Counted from the first letter of the stretch, positions 26,570-41,000 are shown. The stretch is 64,000 nucleotides of DNA from Eledone cirrhosa (GCA_964016885.1 OZ024741.1:72416001-72480000), one strand, 5' to 3'. A program made the numbers and translations. Notes: generated from the letters alone by a model not told the origin.

Positions 26570-28750
26570 GCTGGAGGTGTTGTAGCAGTATGTTGGTATT
26601 GGTGATGGTGTTGTGGTGTTGTTGTGATGCTGGTGTTTGTGGTGCTGTGGTGCTGGTGTTGGTGGTGTTGTTGTGATATTGGTGTCGGTGGTGCTGGTGT
26701 TGTGGTGTTGTTGTGATGCTGGTTTTGTGGTGCTGGTGTTGCGGTGTTGTGGTGCTGGTGTTGGTGGTGTTGTTGTGATGCTGGTGTTGGTGGTGCTGGT
26801 GTTGGTGGTGTTGTTGTGATGCTGGTGTTGGTGGTGCTGGTGTTGTGGTGCTGTGGTGCTGGTGTTGTTGGTGTTGTTGTGATGCTGGTGTTGGTGGTGT
26901 TGGTGTTGTGGTGCTGGTGTTGGTGGTACTGGTATTGGTGGTGCTGGTGTTGTGGTGCTGTGGTGCTGGTGTTAGTGGTGTTGTTGTGATGCTGGTGTTG
27001 TGGTGCTGGTGTTGGTGTTGGTGGTGCTGGTGTTGTTGGTGTTGTGGTGCTGGTGCTGGTGTTGCAGGTGCTGGTGTTGGTGGTGCTGGTGTTGTGGTGC
27101 TGTGGTGCTGGTGTTGGTGGTGCTGGTGTTGTGGTGCTGTGGTGCTGGTGTTGGTGGTGCTGGTGTTGTAGTGCTGGTGTTGGTGGTGCTGGTGTTGGTG
27201 GTGCTGGTGTTGGTGGTGCTGGTGTTGTGGTGCTGGTGCTGGTGTTGGTGGTGCTGGTGTTGGTGGTGCTGGTTTTGTGGTGCTGTGGTGCTGGTGTTGG
27301 TGGTGTTGTTGGTGTTGGTGGTGTTGTTGTGATGCTGCTGTTGGTGGTGCTGGTGTTGTGGTGCTGGTGTTGTGGTGCTGGTGTTGGTGGTGCTGGTGTT
27401 GGTGGTGCTGGTGTTGTGGTGCTGGTGTTGGTGGTGCTGTTGTGATGCTGGTGTTGGTGGTGCTGGTGTTGTGGTGCTGTGGTGCTGGTGTTGGTGGTGT
27501 TGTTGTGATGCTGGTGTTGGTGGTGCTGGTATTGTGGTGCTGGTGTTGTAGTGCTGGTGTTGGTGGTGCTGGTGTTGGTGGTGCTGGTGTTGGTGGTGCT
27601 GGTGTTGGTGTTGGTGGTGTTGTTGTGATGCTGGTGTTGTGGTGCTGGTGGTGTTGGTGCTGGTGTTGTGATGCTGTGGTGCTGGTGTTGGTGGTGTTAT
27701 GATGCTGGTGTTGGTGGTGCTGGTGTTGTGGTGTTGTGGTGCTGGTGGTGTTGTTGTGATGCTGGTGTTGGTGGTGCTGGTGTTGTGGTGTTGGTGGTGC
27801 TGGTGCTGTGGTGCTGGTCTGGGTGGTGTTATTGTGATGCTGGTGTTGTGGTTTTGTGGTGCTGGTGTTGTTGGTGTTGTTGTGATGCTGGTGTTGGTGG
27901 TGCTGGTGTTGTGGTGTTGTGGTGCTGGTGTTGGTGGTGTTGTTGTGATGCTGGGGTTGTGGTGGTGGTGTTGGTGGTGGTGTTGTGGTGATGATGTTGT
28001 GGTGGTGTTGTGGTGCTGGTGCTGGTGGTGTTGTTGTGATGCTGGTGTTGTGGTGGTGGTGTTGGTGGTGGTGTTGTGGTGGTGATGTTGTGCTGGTTTT
28101 GTGGTGCTGGTGTTGGTGGTGTGTTGTGGTGCTGGTGTTGGTGGTGCTGGTGTTGTGGTGGTTTGGTGCTGGTGTTGGTGGTGTTGTTGTGATGCTGGTG
28201 TTGGTGGTGCTGGTGTTGTGGTGTTGTGGTGCTGGTGTTGGTGGTGTTGTTGTGATGCTGGTGTTGGTGGTGCTGGTGTTGTGGAGTTGTGGTGCTGGTG
28301 TTGGCGGTGTTGTTGTGATGCTGGTGTTGGTGGTGCTGGTGTTGTGGTGTTGTGGTGCTGGTGTTGGTGGTGTTGTTGTGATGCTGGTATTGTGGTGGTG
28401 GTGTTGGTGGTGGTGTTGTGGTGGTGATGTTGTGGTGGTGTTGTGGTGCTGGTGTTGGTGGTGTGTTGTGATGCTGGTGTTGGTGGTGCTGGTGTTGTGG
28501 TGGTTTGGTGCTGGTGTTGGTGGTGTTGTTGTGATGCTGGTGTTGGTGGTGCTGGTGTTGTGGTGTTGTGGTGCTGGTGTTGGTGGTGTTGTTGTGATGC
28601 TGGTGTTGTGGTGGTGTTGTTGGTGGTGGTGTTGTGGTGGTGATGTTGTGGTGGTGTTGTGGTGCTGGTATTGGTGGTGTGTTGTGATGCTGGTGTTGGT
28701 GATGTGATAATGGTGGTGTGATGGTGGTTTGAGGATGGCGTTGGTGGTGT
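26570..28750. repeat. TGG/TGC/TGT compound minisatellite with ~60-bp higher-order unit
   Basis: Recurrent gtgatgctggtgttggtggtgctggtgttgtggtg units. Confidence 0.9.
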
Positions 28751-28929
28751 TGACGATGATGTGGATGTGTGATGGTGCTCTACTGTGTAATGATGGCGGT
28801 GATTGTACTGTCATAGTTGTTTAACTCCGGGTCCTCCCAAATTAAACATAGGTATAGAGAAAAGCATTCCATCGTCGACCATCCCGTCTTTGTTTATCAG
28901 AAATAGTATATCTAGGACTTTTGGTGTAT

Positions 28930-29080
28930 AGGCAGAGTCATTAAAATATCGGATAAGCTGCCTTGCGGTATTTATTCCAGTTCTCTCCGCTCTCTGAATT
29001 CAAATCCCGCTGAGGTCAACTTTGCTGGTCATCTTTTCGGGGGTTATAAAAAGTACCAGTCAAGTACTAAGATCGATTAT
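28930..29080 (+). mobile_element. tRNA-derived SINE (same family as 44330-44830)
   Basis: aattcaaatcccgctgaggtcaactttgc..catcttttcggggttataaaaagtaccagtcaagtact. Confidence 0.75.
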
Positions 29081-29619
29081 TCCTTTATATCTCTTTCTCA
29101 CTTCCTTTCTATCACCCTCTCTCTCCTGGAACAATTCAACCGTGTCCAGACCGAGAGAAAGGATGGGCTCCGCCAGGTTTTAAATGCCCCAAACACGTCC
29201 CTAAGACCCCACCAGAAGTTACAGGTCAATACATCCACATATAGGACTATATAATTTAATGTATCGCCCTTCTTTATTTTAGAGGGCAGTGTGTGATTTG
29301 AGCTAAAGTTGGCTGTCATTTGTAGAAGATCAAGAGGCTGTCACGTTGGCACATCACTGTAGTTGTTTGGTCCTATGTCAGATCTGATTGAGAGGAACTA
29401 TGACCGACGTTGTTCAAGACACGATCGAAGACCTCCAAGACATGAAGAATCCTTCCTGCAAAACGAAAATCCTATGATAACGAAAGGGATAATTCTTCGT
29501 TACAATAATTCCAATGAAAGACACTTCCTATAAATTCCAAATCACTTTTAAAATGATCAAGGATTTGGAGGAATTTAGTGATACAATTAGTTTTCTCATC
29601 ATTAAACTGGTGTTTAGAG

Positions 29620-30062
29620 CAGTGTTTCCCAACCTATGGCCACATGGCTAAAATGGGTCATGGGAAATTTCAGGTAGGCCACAGAAATTTTATCATTTTT
29701 ACTGGGCCACCGGGCTAATATATGGGCCACAGCTTATTGAATGGTCCGTAGAGCTTTTATTGACTGCTAGTCCTTAAATTGATGAAATTAAATGTATGTA
29801 AATAATTTTAATATATTTAGATTATGAAAATTTACTAATTACTTAGTGTTTGAATAACTTTTAATTAGTCAGGCATTGAAAATATTATTTTTTCTGACTG
29901 TAGAAAGAAAATTACACCATTTCAGTTTAGTGAAAATCTTGCTCATTACAGCTATAACTGTTCTACTCTCATAATATTTTACATTATAATAATTTCATAA
30001 TTTCATAATAAACATTCTGGGCTCAAACTAGGCCATGAACTAAAAAAGGTTGGGAATCACTG
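29620..30062. mobile_element. hAT-type MITE
   Basis: TIRs CAGTGTTTCCCAACCT / AGGTTGGGAATCACTG; internal gggccac subterminal repeats; TSD only partly matching. Confidence 0.75.
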
Positions 30063-31041
30063 GTTTCTTACATAAAATTGTGGTGGAAAGGTTTTAGAAA
30101 AATATAAACATTTCAAAGCATTTTTTAAAATCGTAGAATCAGAGGCTGCGTCGGGCGGTTTGGTACCAAAAAGGGCTTTTGATAGATGTAAACACATAAA
30201 AAAAAAATACTGTTTATCACCGAATCAGGAGGCGGTTTCAAACAGTTTGTTGGTATCAAAAGAGTTAAAAAAGTATACCATACATTTCAAATTATAGCAC
30301 CTCTTCCGTCACTTCCTCAACCATCAACATCACTTTCAATATCCCCCCTCTCTCTCACTCCCTTTTCGCTCCCTCTTTTTCTGTATGTCTGTGTCTGTTT
30401 CTCTAGCACGCTATCATAACAGTTGCCATAATGTCATAATCACTACTCGGCTAATTTTCTCTACGAAATAACGTGGGAAGTTTCCAAACGACATCTACTC
30501 TATGGAACTACACAGTTATATGTATGAGATACATACACATAGACAAACGCATGCAAACTCATAGTTAACACACACACAAACAAAAACACAAATACATGCA
30601 TATACACAAATACAAACACACATACAGACAGAGAGACATACATGCGCAAATGGCACATACATACGCACATACATACATGCATTCATAGATACACACAAAC
30701 ACAACTCAGGGTGAAAAGAGCAATGCCTATGACCCTTTGACTTCAGAGACTGGTGGGTAAAAGGAAGAGAGGTAGTCTCAAACTAGAAACCTGTGTTAGA
30801 ATACCTACAACAAAGTGAAAGACACTTAACCTTACTGATACCTAAATGTTTGTGATTCTATGATATAAAACAAAACCACCCATTTTAAAGGGAGTCTTAT
30901 TTAAATTAACATCTTCCAACATAATCTATATACAAACTTTTTCATAAATTATGTTACAAATATCATCTTGATACATACATTTGAGCTTTGTATATATAAT
31001 TTTACCTTTGCTCTCCCTCTCCCTCTAACTCTCTTTCTCTC

Positions 31042-31143
<102 letters not shown>

Positions 31144-31262
31144 TTTCGTATTTCTAAAGAAATACGGTATGTTTACAGGTAAACATTTAGAAAGCTACAG
31201 CTATGCAAAACACCGGAGCTAACGCCCTCTGGTGGTGTCCAGCAGAAGCAAGGGAGACAATC

Positions 31263-31300
31263 GTCGATGCATTTCGAACTTAACTGGTTGTCATCAGGAC
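31263..31300 (-). ncRNA. Minimal hammerhead ribozyme
   Basis: gtc CTGATGA cAAC cagttaa GTTc GAAA TGC ATC gac; palindromic stem III ATGCAT. Confidence 0.78.
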
Positions 31301-31608
31301 CATCCCTTCCACACTTGCAACTGTTGGATTTGAAAACAGGCGAGAATATATAGTTTTCTCGTCTGTGTAAATGAGGTGATTAATCTCATTTGCATATAAA
31401 GCTGCATAAGTTGGCTCAACTTATAATAGAATAGAATTAGGATTTAGCTTCAGGCATACCTGTATACAGATATTTATTAGAATTTCGTATTGCTAAAGAA
31501 TATATAACTGTATACATACCTGTATACAGCTATACATGAACCTAAATCTTAATTCTTTTCTCTGTCTGTCTCCCTCTCTTTCTCTCTCCCCCTGTCTCTC
31601 TCTCTCTC

Positions 31609-31685
<77 letters not shown>

Positions 31686-31739
31686 CTATGTGTGTGTATA
31701 TGTGTGCACGCACGCGTGTATGCATGCGTCATGATATGT

Positions 31740-32097
31740 GTGTACGATTGTTGCAGTAAATGTAAGTGGATATAAATAGATCTTTATGATACACTTCGGC
31801 GGCCCACGCATTATCAATAGAAAATGAGTGAGATGTCCTACACGAGTGAAAGTATAAGGAAAAAAATAAAATCGAAAATGCGACTGGAGTCTTTTTAAGA
31901 ATATTTATTTGTTTCCTTTACCGGTTTCACAGTTCTTATGCTTTTCAAAAGTAGAATTGAGATGGAGGGCTTGCGGTTTTTCTCAAATTCTCCATCTAAA
32001 TTCTACTTTTGAAAAGCATAAGAACTGTGAAACCGGTAAAGGAAATAAATAAATATTCTTAAAAAGACCACTTGCATTTTCGATTTCATCTTTTTTC

Positions 32098-32104
<7 letters not shown>
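31740..32104 (-). mobile_element. Fold-back element (arms ~31853-31957 / ~31990-32104) with variant HHR in each arm; shorter relative at 32838-32980
   Basis: ctt TTGAAAA GCA taagaac TGT GAAA CCG GTA aag at 32006-32041 and mirrored in the left arm. Confidence 0.75.
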
Positions 32105-32156
<52 letters not shown>

Positions 32157-32164
<8 letters not shown>

Positions 32165-32404
32165 ACTTGGGCAAGGTCATATTGTTATAATATTGCCACT
32201 CACTGATTGGTTTGTCTTGGTTTTCGCTTCTGTATTTTATATCTCCATAGTTAATTTATTAGGCAATCAATGTTTATCATTGATTGACCAACGGTTAAAA
32301 ATACAGTTATAAATATATATATATATGTATAGTCTATCAAAGTTCTTTCGTTATTATTTCTGGCAATATTATAACAATGTGACCCTCCCAAAGTATAACA
32401 ATAT
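32157..32404. mobile_element. Fold-back derivative of the 13437 PLE terminus
   Basis: attgttgtacttgggcaaggtcatattgttataatattgcca .. tggcaatattataacaatgtgaccctcccaaagtataacaat. Confidence 0.8.
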
Positions 32405-32456
32405 TTGTTTTGACACACGATTTCAAATCAAAACCTTGCATATATATATGTATATA

Positions 32457-32551
<95 letters not shown>

Positions 32552-32652
32552 GTATATATATACAAATATTTGCTCTACGGTTCTTATATATTTGATATAT
32601 ATTTATCCTTAACGAGCCCTTTTTGGATTTTAGTCTTCAAATTTATTATTAT

Positions 32653-32690
<38 letters not shown>

Positions 32691-32972
32691 GTGAGTTATA
32701 TATATAGTTATATATATAATTATATATATAATTATATATATAACACATAGTTATATATATAATAACACATAATTATATATATAGTTATATATATATAACA
32801 CATAGTTATATATATATTACAAAATGAAAAATAACCGAGGTGTCCTACACGAGTGAATGTATAAAGAAAAAAAATGAAATCGAAAATGCAACTGGAGTCT
32901 TATTTTTTTAAAAATATATATATTTAAAAAAAAAATAACACTCCAGTTGCATTTTCGATTTCATCTTTTTTT

Positions 32973-33065
<93 letters not shown>

Positions 33066-33070
<5 letters not shown>

Positions 33071-33752
33071 ATAAATTAACGGAGCCATAGGCCCTCGCCA
33101 TTCCCTGTAAATAATGTGCTCAAAGGAGAAGAAATCCTGAACTTTTTAAAATACAATATCTTGAAAAGGTAACACACCAGAGAGAGATACACAGTGCGCT
33201 ATCAATAAAACAGGGAAAAAACCACCAGTGTATGGAATCTATAACCTATGAAAGGCAGACTATAGACACGATAATTAAAAATATAAATTAAAGCGTGAAT
33301 AAATACCTCTATAACTATATAACACACGTCAAATCCAAAGAGATGTTTCGCCAGTAATTTGTTGACAGAAATGGAATAACCTCGGTTCATCAGCGTGTGT
33401 ACATTTCAGACAACACTAAGAGAATTTTAAAAGTGACTGTCCAGCTACACGTGGGAGAGAGAAGTCACAGCGTGTTTAAGGGCAGTGAACCAGTGGCCTC
33501 TGAGGGACGAGCTGCTAGAAAGGGCAGCCCCAAACCACTCAGAGAAGTGTGCTCAACCAAACAGAGAGATAGGAAAGACTGTTATAAGGAGCGAAATATC
33601 ACGATAATTACGCTTTAATTTATATTTTTAATTATTGTGTCTATAGTCTGCCTTTCATAGGTTATAGATTCCATATACTGGTGGTTTTTTCCCTGTTTTA
33701 TTGATAGCGCACTGTATATCTCTCTCTGGTGTGTTACCTTTTCAACATATTG

Positions 33753-33760
<8 letters not shown>
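33066..33760 (-). mobile_element. Fold-back element (arms ~33147-33295 / ~33610-33760) with HHR at 33322-33400
   Basis: acacacg CTGATGA aCCG..TGGc GAAA C..cgtgtgt on minus strand; cleavage triplet damaged; sibling at 54750-55226. Confidence 0.82.
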
Positions 33761-33809
<49 letters not shown>

Positions 33810-34980
33810 TAAATGGAAACTATATTTGGGAAGAAGAGAGAGAAAAAAAAGAATGAAGAAAGAGCGAAGAAAGAAGCTTATCCGAGGATGAGTTCATATA
33901 ACGTAAATACGTCTTATGTTTATGTTACATATTTATGTTACGTATATTTACTAATAATTGTTAGAATTCTATTATAATAAATTATAATAAATATTTATTT
34001 ACTATTATAAGTATATAGAATATTATATATAGAAAAAATAAAGATATATTAAAAATAAAAATAAAGATATATTAAAATATATTAAGATATATTAAAATAT
34101 ATCAAAATATATTAAAATATATTAAAAATAGATTTAAATAAATATGAAGTAGAAGCATAGGATGAAATGTAGATATAAGGATAGATATATGAGTGGATAG
34201 ATGGGTATATCATGTTATAGGTGATACATTATGAGGGATACTAGTTTATATTTAGTGTAAGTATTTAAAATTAAATTAAGTTAAATTAAATTAACTGAGT
34301 CAATAAGATTACTTATATGTTTTAATGTTTTACATTGGAAAAATATTGAAAATCCCAGTTTTGTTTATTTATTAGTTATTATGAGATAATTTTGACAAAG
34401 CTATGTTTAAAGATACATTTAGCCAGAGTTAGATATTGGTTATAACTCTAATATTAAATAATTACAAAAAATTACAAAAACTTACAAAAATTAATTAAAA
34501 GTATAAAAAATACTAAAACCATTTAAAACTTAAGACTATGAAATATTAACATTTCTAGACAAAATTCTTGAAAATTCCTGGAAAAACTTTGAAATTTATT
34601 AAAAAAAATCTCATAAAAACTCCTGAGATACTCAAAAACCTTTTAAAAACATTTAAAAAGTGTTTAAAATTAATTAAAAACCTAAATTTATTCAGGAAAT
34701 ATAATTAAAAACCTAAAAATATTTATAAAACAATAATTATTTTATTATATATATTTCAAGGGCAACCAAGGCAGTCTTAATACAAAATTTGTTTTATAAA
34801 TAGTGACATAGCTATGGAAAACAACCTTGACGGTTGAAAATTCGGTGGATAGTGACAAATTTTATTGAGGGTAATTCAAAGTTCTGTGTGAATATGCAAA
34901 TGAATGTCCGAAAAATTGAAAAAAACAACCGTTTATTTAAATTACGCTTTGGGAAGTATCGATAATATTATATAAGTATA

Positions 34981-35085
<105 letters not shown>

Positions 35086-35104
35086 CTTATATATACACTA
35101 TATA

Positions 35105-35684
35105 TAATTATAAACAGGAAAGGTCAGTAATTCATTACTACCATATTACCAGTAAGAAAAATAGCTCAATGTAAATACATCAGATGTTTTACAGAGACGG
35201 AATATAAATTACAGAATAATCAAAACTATGTTCAAAACATTTTATTGCTGACAATCGTTTCTTCCAAACTTTCGTTTGGAATTATCAGAGCACTAGCAAA
35301 GTTTAGACATATAATTAACCTCCTATTCCACAGAACAATCGCAAAGATACATATATATTAGTGTTGTCATTAACAGTGTAATATTTAAAGAGTGAATGTC
35401 CTCGTTTTGCGAGTAACTTTCTTCTTTAATTCCTCCATAATTATTGTATTATTCTTTTATAATCTTTGTCTCATCCACTGATACTGACCACATCATCTTC
35501 ACTCTTTAAATATGACACTGTTAATGACAACACTAACATCTATGTATCTTTACGATTGTTCTGTGGACTAGGAGGTTAATTATATGTCTAAACTTTGGTA
35601 GTGCTCCGAAGATTCCAAACGAAAGTTTGGAAGAAACGATTGTGAGCAATAAAATGTTTTGAACATAATTTTGATTATTCTGTA

Positions 35685-35692
<8 letters not shown>
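35105..35692 (-). mobile_element. Fold-back element (arms ~35202-35396 / ~35498-35692), HHR in both arms
   Basis: 35246-35292(-): gct CTGATAA TTCCAAAC gaaa GTTTGGAA GAAA CGATT GTC agc; 35602-35648(+): gct CCGAAGA ..GAAA CGATT GTG agc. Confidence 0.85.
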
Positions 35693-35719
<27 letters not shown>

Positions 35720-35748
35720 TACACACACGCACACGCACACACCACACA

Positions 35749-35851
<103 letters not shown>

Positions 35852-35964
35852 ATATACACATATATATATATGTGTGTGCGTGCGTGTGTATTCATATATA
35901 TCCATGTATATATATATGTTTATACAGACACACACACTCATATATACATATATATATATTATAT

Positions 35965-36032
<68 letters not shown>

Positions 36033-36379
36033 GTATTTATATATATATACACACCACACACACACGGATATATACATTAAATGACCTAATTGAGATGTCA
36101 TAAATAGCAGAGATTTACATCAATAACTGATATTCTCTCCCCCCGTCAATTCTCCGATATACAACTTGTTTGTCTCTTTGATAGTTTTTTTTCCTTCTTT
36201 CTCACACGCAAGTTGTTTGTTCGTTTGTTTGTTTGATTGTGTGTGTGTTTACACACACACACATATAAATGTATATTTTTGTATGTATGACTGTGTGTGT
36301 ATGACTGTGTGTGTATGTATGTATATATACATATTCATATATATATTCATATATATTCATATATATATGTCTCTCCCTC

Positions 36380-36410
<31 letters not shown>

Positions 36411-36539
36411 CACACATATACGTACAAACATACACGTTTTCATACATATAGATACCTCTCTATTTTATATATGCATATGTTTGCATGCATGTATACACCC
36501 GCCCCCCGCACACACACATACACACACACATATACACAT

Positions 36540-36630
<91 letters not shown>

Positions 36631-36859
36631 CACACACACGCTCGCGCGCACAAAGACACACAAGTGTACACACACATACTTATTAATTCCATAATGTGAC
36701 ACAAAATATGAATAGTACACCATAATCAATCTTCGCAAAGTATAATTCCTGGACATTGCTCAATTTACAATGAAATTGTGAAACAGTTGAGGCTACCACA
36801 TAAGTCTGTAAAGTAAAAAGAAAGACAGAGATCGACCCTCTGATACACGATATGTCTTA

Positions 36860-37392
36860 TAATCTCGACCGCGGGGACGGCAAGCGCCCCGACGGAATTA
36901 CCCTCTTTCCGTCCGAAGGAGGTAGATCTAGATCTGGGATGCCGCATGTTGCGACACGTTCTTCACCTCCATCATAGTTGCTTCGAGCCACAAACTCCGG
37001 TACTGCGACCCGCAATGCAGAGGAAAGGAAGACAAACAAATACCGGGGATTGTCCTGCCGCCTCCTCTTCGCATCGGTCGTCGTCGAGACCTCAGGCGTA
37101 CTTGGACCCCGTACTGCTGAGCTCCTCCACAAGATCGGAACGTCAGCAGCCGGTCTGAGGAAGGAGTCACACGAGGTGGGTTGGCTGTTATAGCGGGTTT
37201 CGTCTTTTGCGCCCTTGTCCGCAGGGCGTAGCCCCAACACCGCTGCTCCTAGGCTTAGAGTCCATCACCTTCCTCCTTCTCCCTCCCATACTTCTGTGAC
37301 CCGAGGGTCCTTGTCTTTCCCTTCATTTTCCATTTTTACATATCTGTAGTGTTGTTATTTGAAATAGATTTTTTAAATTTATTCATTAAAAA
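36860..37392 (+). pseudogene. 3' end of a CRE-like (RLE-type) non-LTR retrotransposon
   Basis: DRGDGKRPDGITLFP..(fs)IWDAACCDTF..(fs)AEERKTNKY..VVETSGVLGP; A-rich end. Confidence 0.8.
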
Positions 37393-39439
37393 AACAGAGA
37401 AGGTTCTATTTCGAGAACTAGGATTCTCACCAGGCGCTGTAAGAGTCAGAACCCATCTTTACCCAGCAGTCTCCATAATACCACCTCAACACTCCATTAA
37501 CACTACCTAGACAGCCTATCACCACCACCACCACCACCACCACCAAAGCTCTCTCTTTCATCACCACCTCAACACTCCATTAACACTACCTAGACAGCCT
37601 ATCGCCGCCGCCACCACCACGACCACCACCACCACCACCACCACCACCACAACTGCCATCACCACTACAATTACTTCCACAACCAGCACCACTACCACTA
37701 TCAACACCCCCACCACCACAACTACTATCACCACTACTACCACTACTACCACTATTCCCCCACTGCTACTAAGTTACGACACAATTATCACTAATCCCCT
37801 CCCCCCACGACATCATCATCATCACCAACACAACCAACACCGTAATACAATTTTTCTCCTCCAGCACTCCTCTAACTTTATAGAGCTTTCCTTCCTTCCT
37901 GTCCCTCCCCCTTCCCCCACCACCTCTCACAAACCAATGTCTTTGTAAGACAGCAGTCAACAAGAACAATTTCAGTGTCATTCATTCACAAAACAACGTC
38001 GAAATACGATCGACCAGCGTTTGTTCAACTGGGAAACCTTTCTTCTTTACGTGATGATTTGGTCCTTGTAGGACTTTATGTCATGTATTTCAGTTCACAC
38101 TAGTACAATCAATGTTCTATACATACACAGACAACACGCATCGCCGTTGTCAAATGATTCATTGTATTATTACGTGTTCCTCCCCACCACACACTCACTG
38201 GGGAGCTGTTGTTCGGTAATCTCGCCATATTCTCGACTGGAAAAAATATAGAAAAACGCCGCCATATTTCTTTCTCTAAACGTTGTTTTCAAAGATCACG
38301 TTCGCATCGCTTGTCTCCGTAGTTTTGACTATGTTGTATGGATTCTGTACGTTTTTTCTATGTGAAATATTGATTTCTATTCAGAGGGCACAATATACGT
38401 CTTCTTGTAAGCTGGGTACATTCTTACTGATAGACATGTTTATCAATCTTCATAAAAGAGAGAAGCAAAGACAGTTATTGCAAGATTTAATTAATTCGTT
38501 GTAAGAATATTTTTAGAGACCTATACATTCTTTTTTATATTTCAGTGTGGAAAGAAAGTGCAGGTCTATAAACCTTTCATAAGCTTTTATACACCGGCGG
38601 AGTCAAAGTAGTTGGTGTTTAGTGAGTAGGGGCACTAGTTATAGACCCTTCATAAGGCTTTACAAACTAGAAAAGTCGATGTAGTTGGTGTTTAGAGAGG
38701 AGATGCGTTAGAGATGTTTTATAGAGAAGAAAAGTCAGTGTAGTTGGTGTTCAGAGAGGAAGTGTAGCAGCAAGAGATATTTTATTGTCTTTGCAGACTG
38801 GTGAGGTCCGTGGAGTTGATGGTACTAAACAATAAGTGTTTTAATGAAAAATTGGTGCGTGCTAACAGCAAGAAGCATCTTACTAAAGTAAAGTGGAGAG
38901 TAAAGAGAGCATCGGAGAAGGTGATGCGTTCAGATCTAAATATATGATAGAACGAAATAATAAATGTGGTAGAATTGGCAGAATTGGTGGAGCGTCGGAT
39001 AAAATGCTTTCTGATTTTTAATCCCGCTGCAGTCAGCTTTGCTTATCATCATTCCTGAGCGCATAAAATTATGTAACCAGTCAAGTACTGGTGTTGATTT
39101 AATCAAATTTGCCCTCAAATTGTACATAAATTGGAAATGAGTGGTTATATGCTGTATCAATTTCAGTATGGATATAAACAAGGCTATTCGATATGGATAC
39201 TAATTAGCTGTGATTTGTGTAGCATTAGGGTGCTGTCTAACAGAGCTAACTTCCCCATCCGAATTACTTGGAATTGGACTCACGTACTGTTATCCACAGT
39301 CCATCTTCACCTTTAGGTCGGCGCTTTTGTTACACATATATGCGCACACCACACACACAAAAGCATACAAACACATACACATACAGACTCTCACACACAT
39401 ACTCACAAACATCAACCAGAGAAAGGCCACTTGTGTGAT

Positions 39440-39740
39440 TAACATGAAATCATCGACACGCCACGGCCTCTGTTGTACATATAAGCTGTCCTCTCTCTCT
39501 GCTGTTTCTACCACAACTACATTGCTTCTGTACATCAGAGTTGGCTGTTCTCGTGTTAGACCAGCCTCAGGTACTCTCCTCTTTCCACCATCCATATTGT
39601 ATCAACCTCCTTGGTCTCGCACTGAGAACTGCGACTACTGTTTCCACAGAAAATCTCGGCATCCTGTAACTTGTTTCCTTGCAGCTATCAATCTTTAACA
39701 GTTTAAGCGAAACGTTAACCGCATTAAACTCCACAGTCTC
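39440..39740 (+). pseudogene. Decayed LINE ORF2 C-terminus (Jockey/CR1 group)
   Basis: Weak end-of-ORF2 pattern FL..INL*QFKRNVN; heavily mutated. Confidence 0.4.
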
Positions 39741-39974
39741 AAAGAGATTGTGAAGAAGACCACGATCACTGACACTTCCTCTACGCCTGTATGGTCCTGT
39801 AACTCCCGATGGATTCATAATGACGGCGTAGTGAAATAAAGTGTCATGGGCATTTTAAGCCTGGCGGAGCCCACTCCCTCTCCATGTCTGAACACAACCG
39901 ATTTCTTCCAGAGAAGTAAAAAGAAAGTGACCGAGAAGAAGTGTGAAAGAAATACGGAGGAAAAATCGATCTAA

Positions 39975-40125
39975 GAATTGGATTGGTTCCTTTTTTATCG
40001 ACCTCGAAAGGATGAAAGGCAATGTTGATCTCGGTGGGAATTCAACTGAGAGCTTAGCGAGCCGGAACGAAAACCGCAAAGCATTCTATCTGATGTTTTT
40101 ACGACTATGCCAATTTGCCGCCACT
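39975..40125 (-). mobile_element. tRNA-derived SINE copy
   Basis: ttttatcgacctcgaaaggatgaaaggcaatgttgatctcggtgggaatt. Confidence 0.75.
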
Positions 40126-40382
40126 ACATCCTCTTACGATGCTTCAAAAAATAGAACAAAAAATACAAAAACAACACAAAAAGCAAATGAAAATAAAAAA
40201 AGAAAAATATGTTGATATTCATCAAATGGTGGAAAGCAAGTTCGATTTCATGGGATATTAAATCAATACTAAATATTATAGATCAATAGATCAACTGATA
40301 ATTGTAAGGGAATAATTGGGGAAGTAACAAAATAAAGGGCTCTCAAGAAATAATTTACGATTATATATATATACGTTACTGC

Positions 40383-40432
<50 letters not shown>

Positions 40433-40440
<8 letters not shown>

Positions 40441-40680
40441 AATGGCGTGCTGCGTGGTTGCACATGGGTTACATATGAATAAAATTAGTCCGTCATCAGT
40501 GATCTTCCAGCCTTCATTGGTATTTCTTCGCTTTAAAGATCATATACCTCTGGTTGGTGCGAGCAATTACTAAAGAATAACTTTCTTTAGTTATTGCTTT
40601 AGTTATTGCTTCACCAATGAAGGACTAATTTTATTCATATGTAACCCATGTGCAACCACGCAGCACGCCATTTTTCATAT
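40433..40680. repeat. Fold-back element (arms 40433-40491 / 40622-40680) next to (TA)n
   Basis: atatgaaaaatggcgtgctgcgtggttgcacatgggttacatatgaataaaattagtcc mirrored. Confidence 0.85.
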
Positions 40681-41000
40681 ATTTATATTTTTTCCTCCGC
40701 TGCGACCTGTCTGTTTCTTTCTTACTGCTTCCCCTTTCTCTGTATCTCTCACCTTCTTTGTACCCCTCTGTCAGTCACTCTCTCTCCGCTTGCCTCTTCC
40801 TAACAATTTCACTCACTCTCTGCTTCTTCTCCTCTCTCACTTCATCCCGTTTGACCTGTGTGAAATCTTTTTCTCGCTCACATCTCACACAGGTCGGATG
40901 GTCTGTATCTCTCTCCGTCTATGATTTCACAGAACTTAAGTTCACATATATCACGGACTTGTTTCTCCTCTTCCTATCTTTGTGTTACCATCTTTGTTTG

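Noticed and set aside
38545-38830. Possible CRISPR-like repeat-spacer pattern
   Set aside because: Repeats are degenerate, spacers are homologous to each other, no cas genes, eukaryotic context.
40485-40545. CTGATGA on the minus strand in the 40433 fold-back
   Set aside because: No downstream stem II/GAAA/stem III; not scored as a hammerhead. Isolated CTGATGA at ~7588 and ~44918 rejected likewise.
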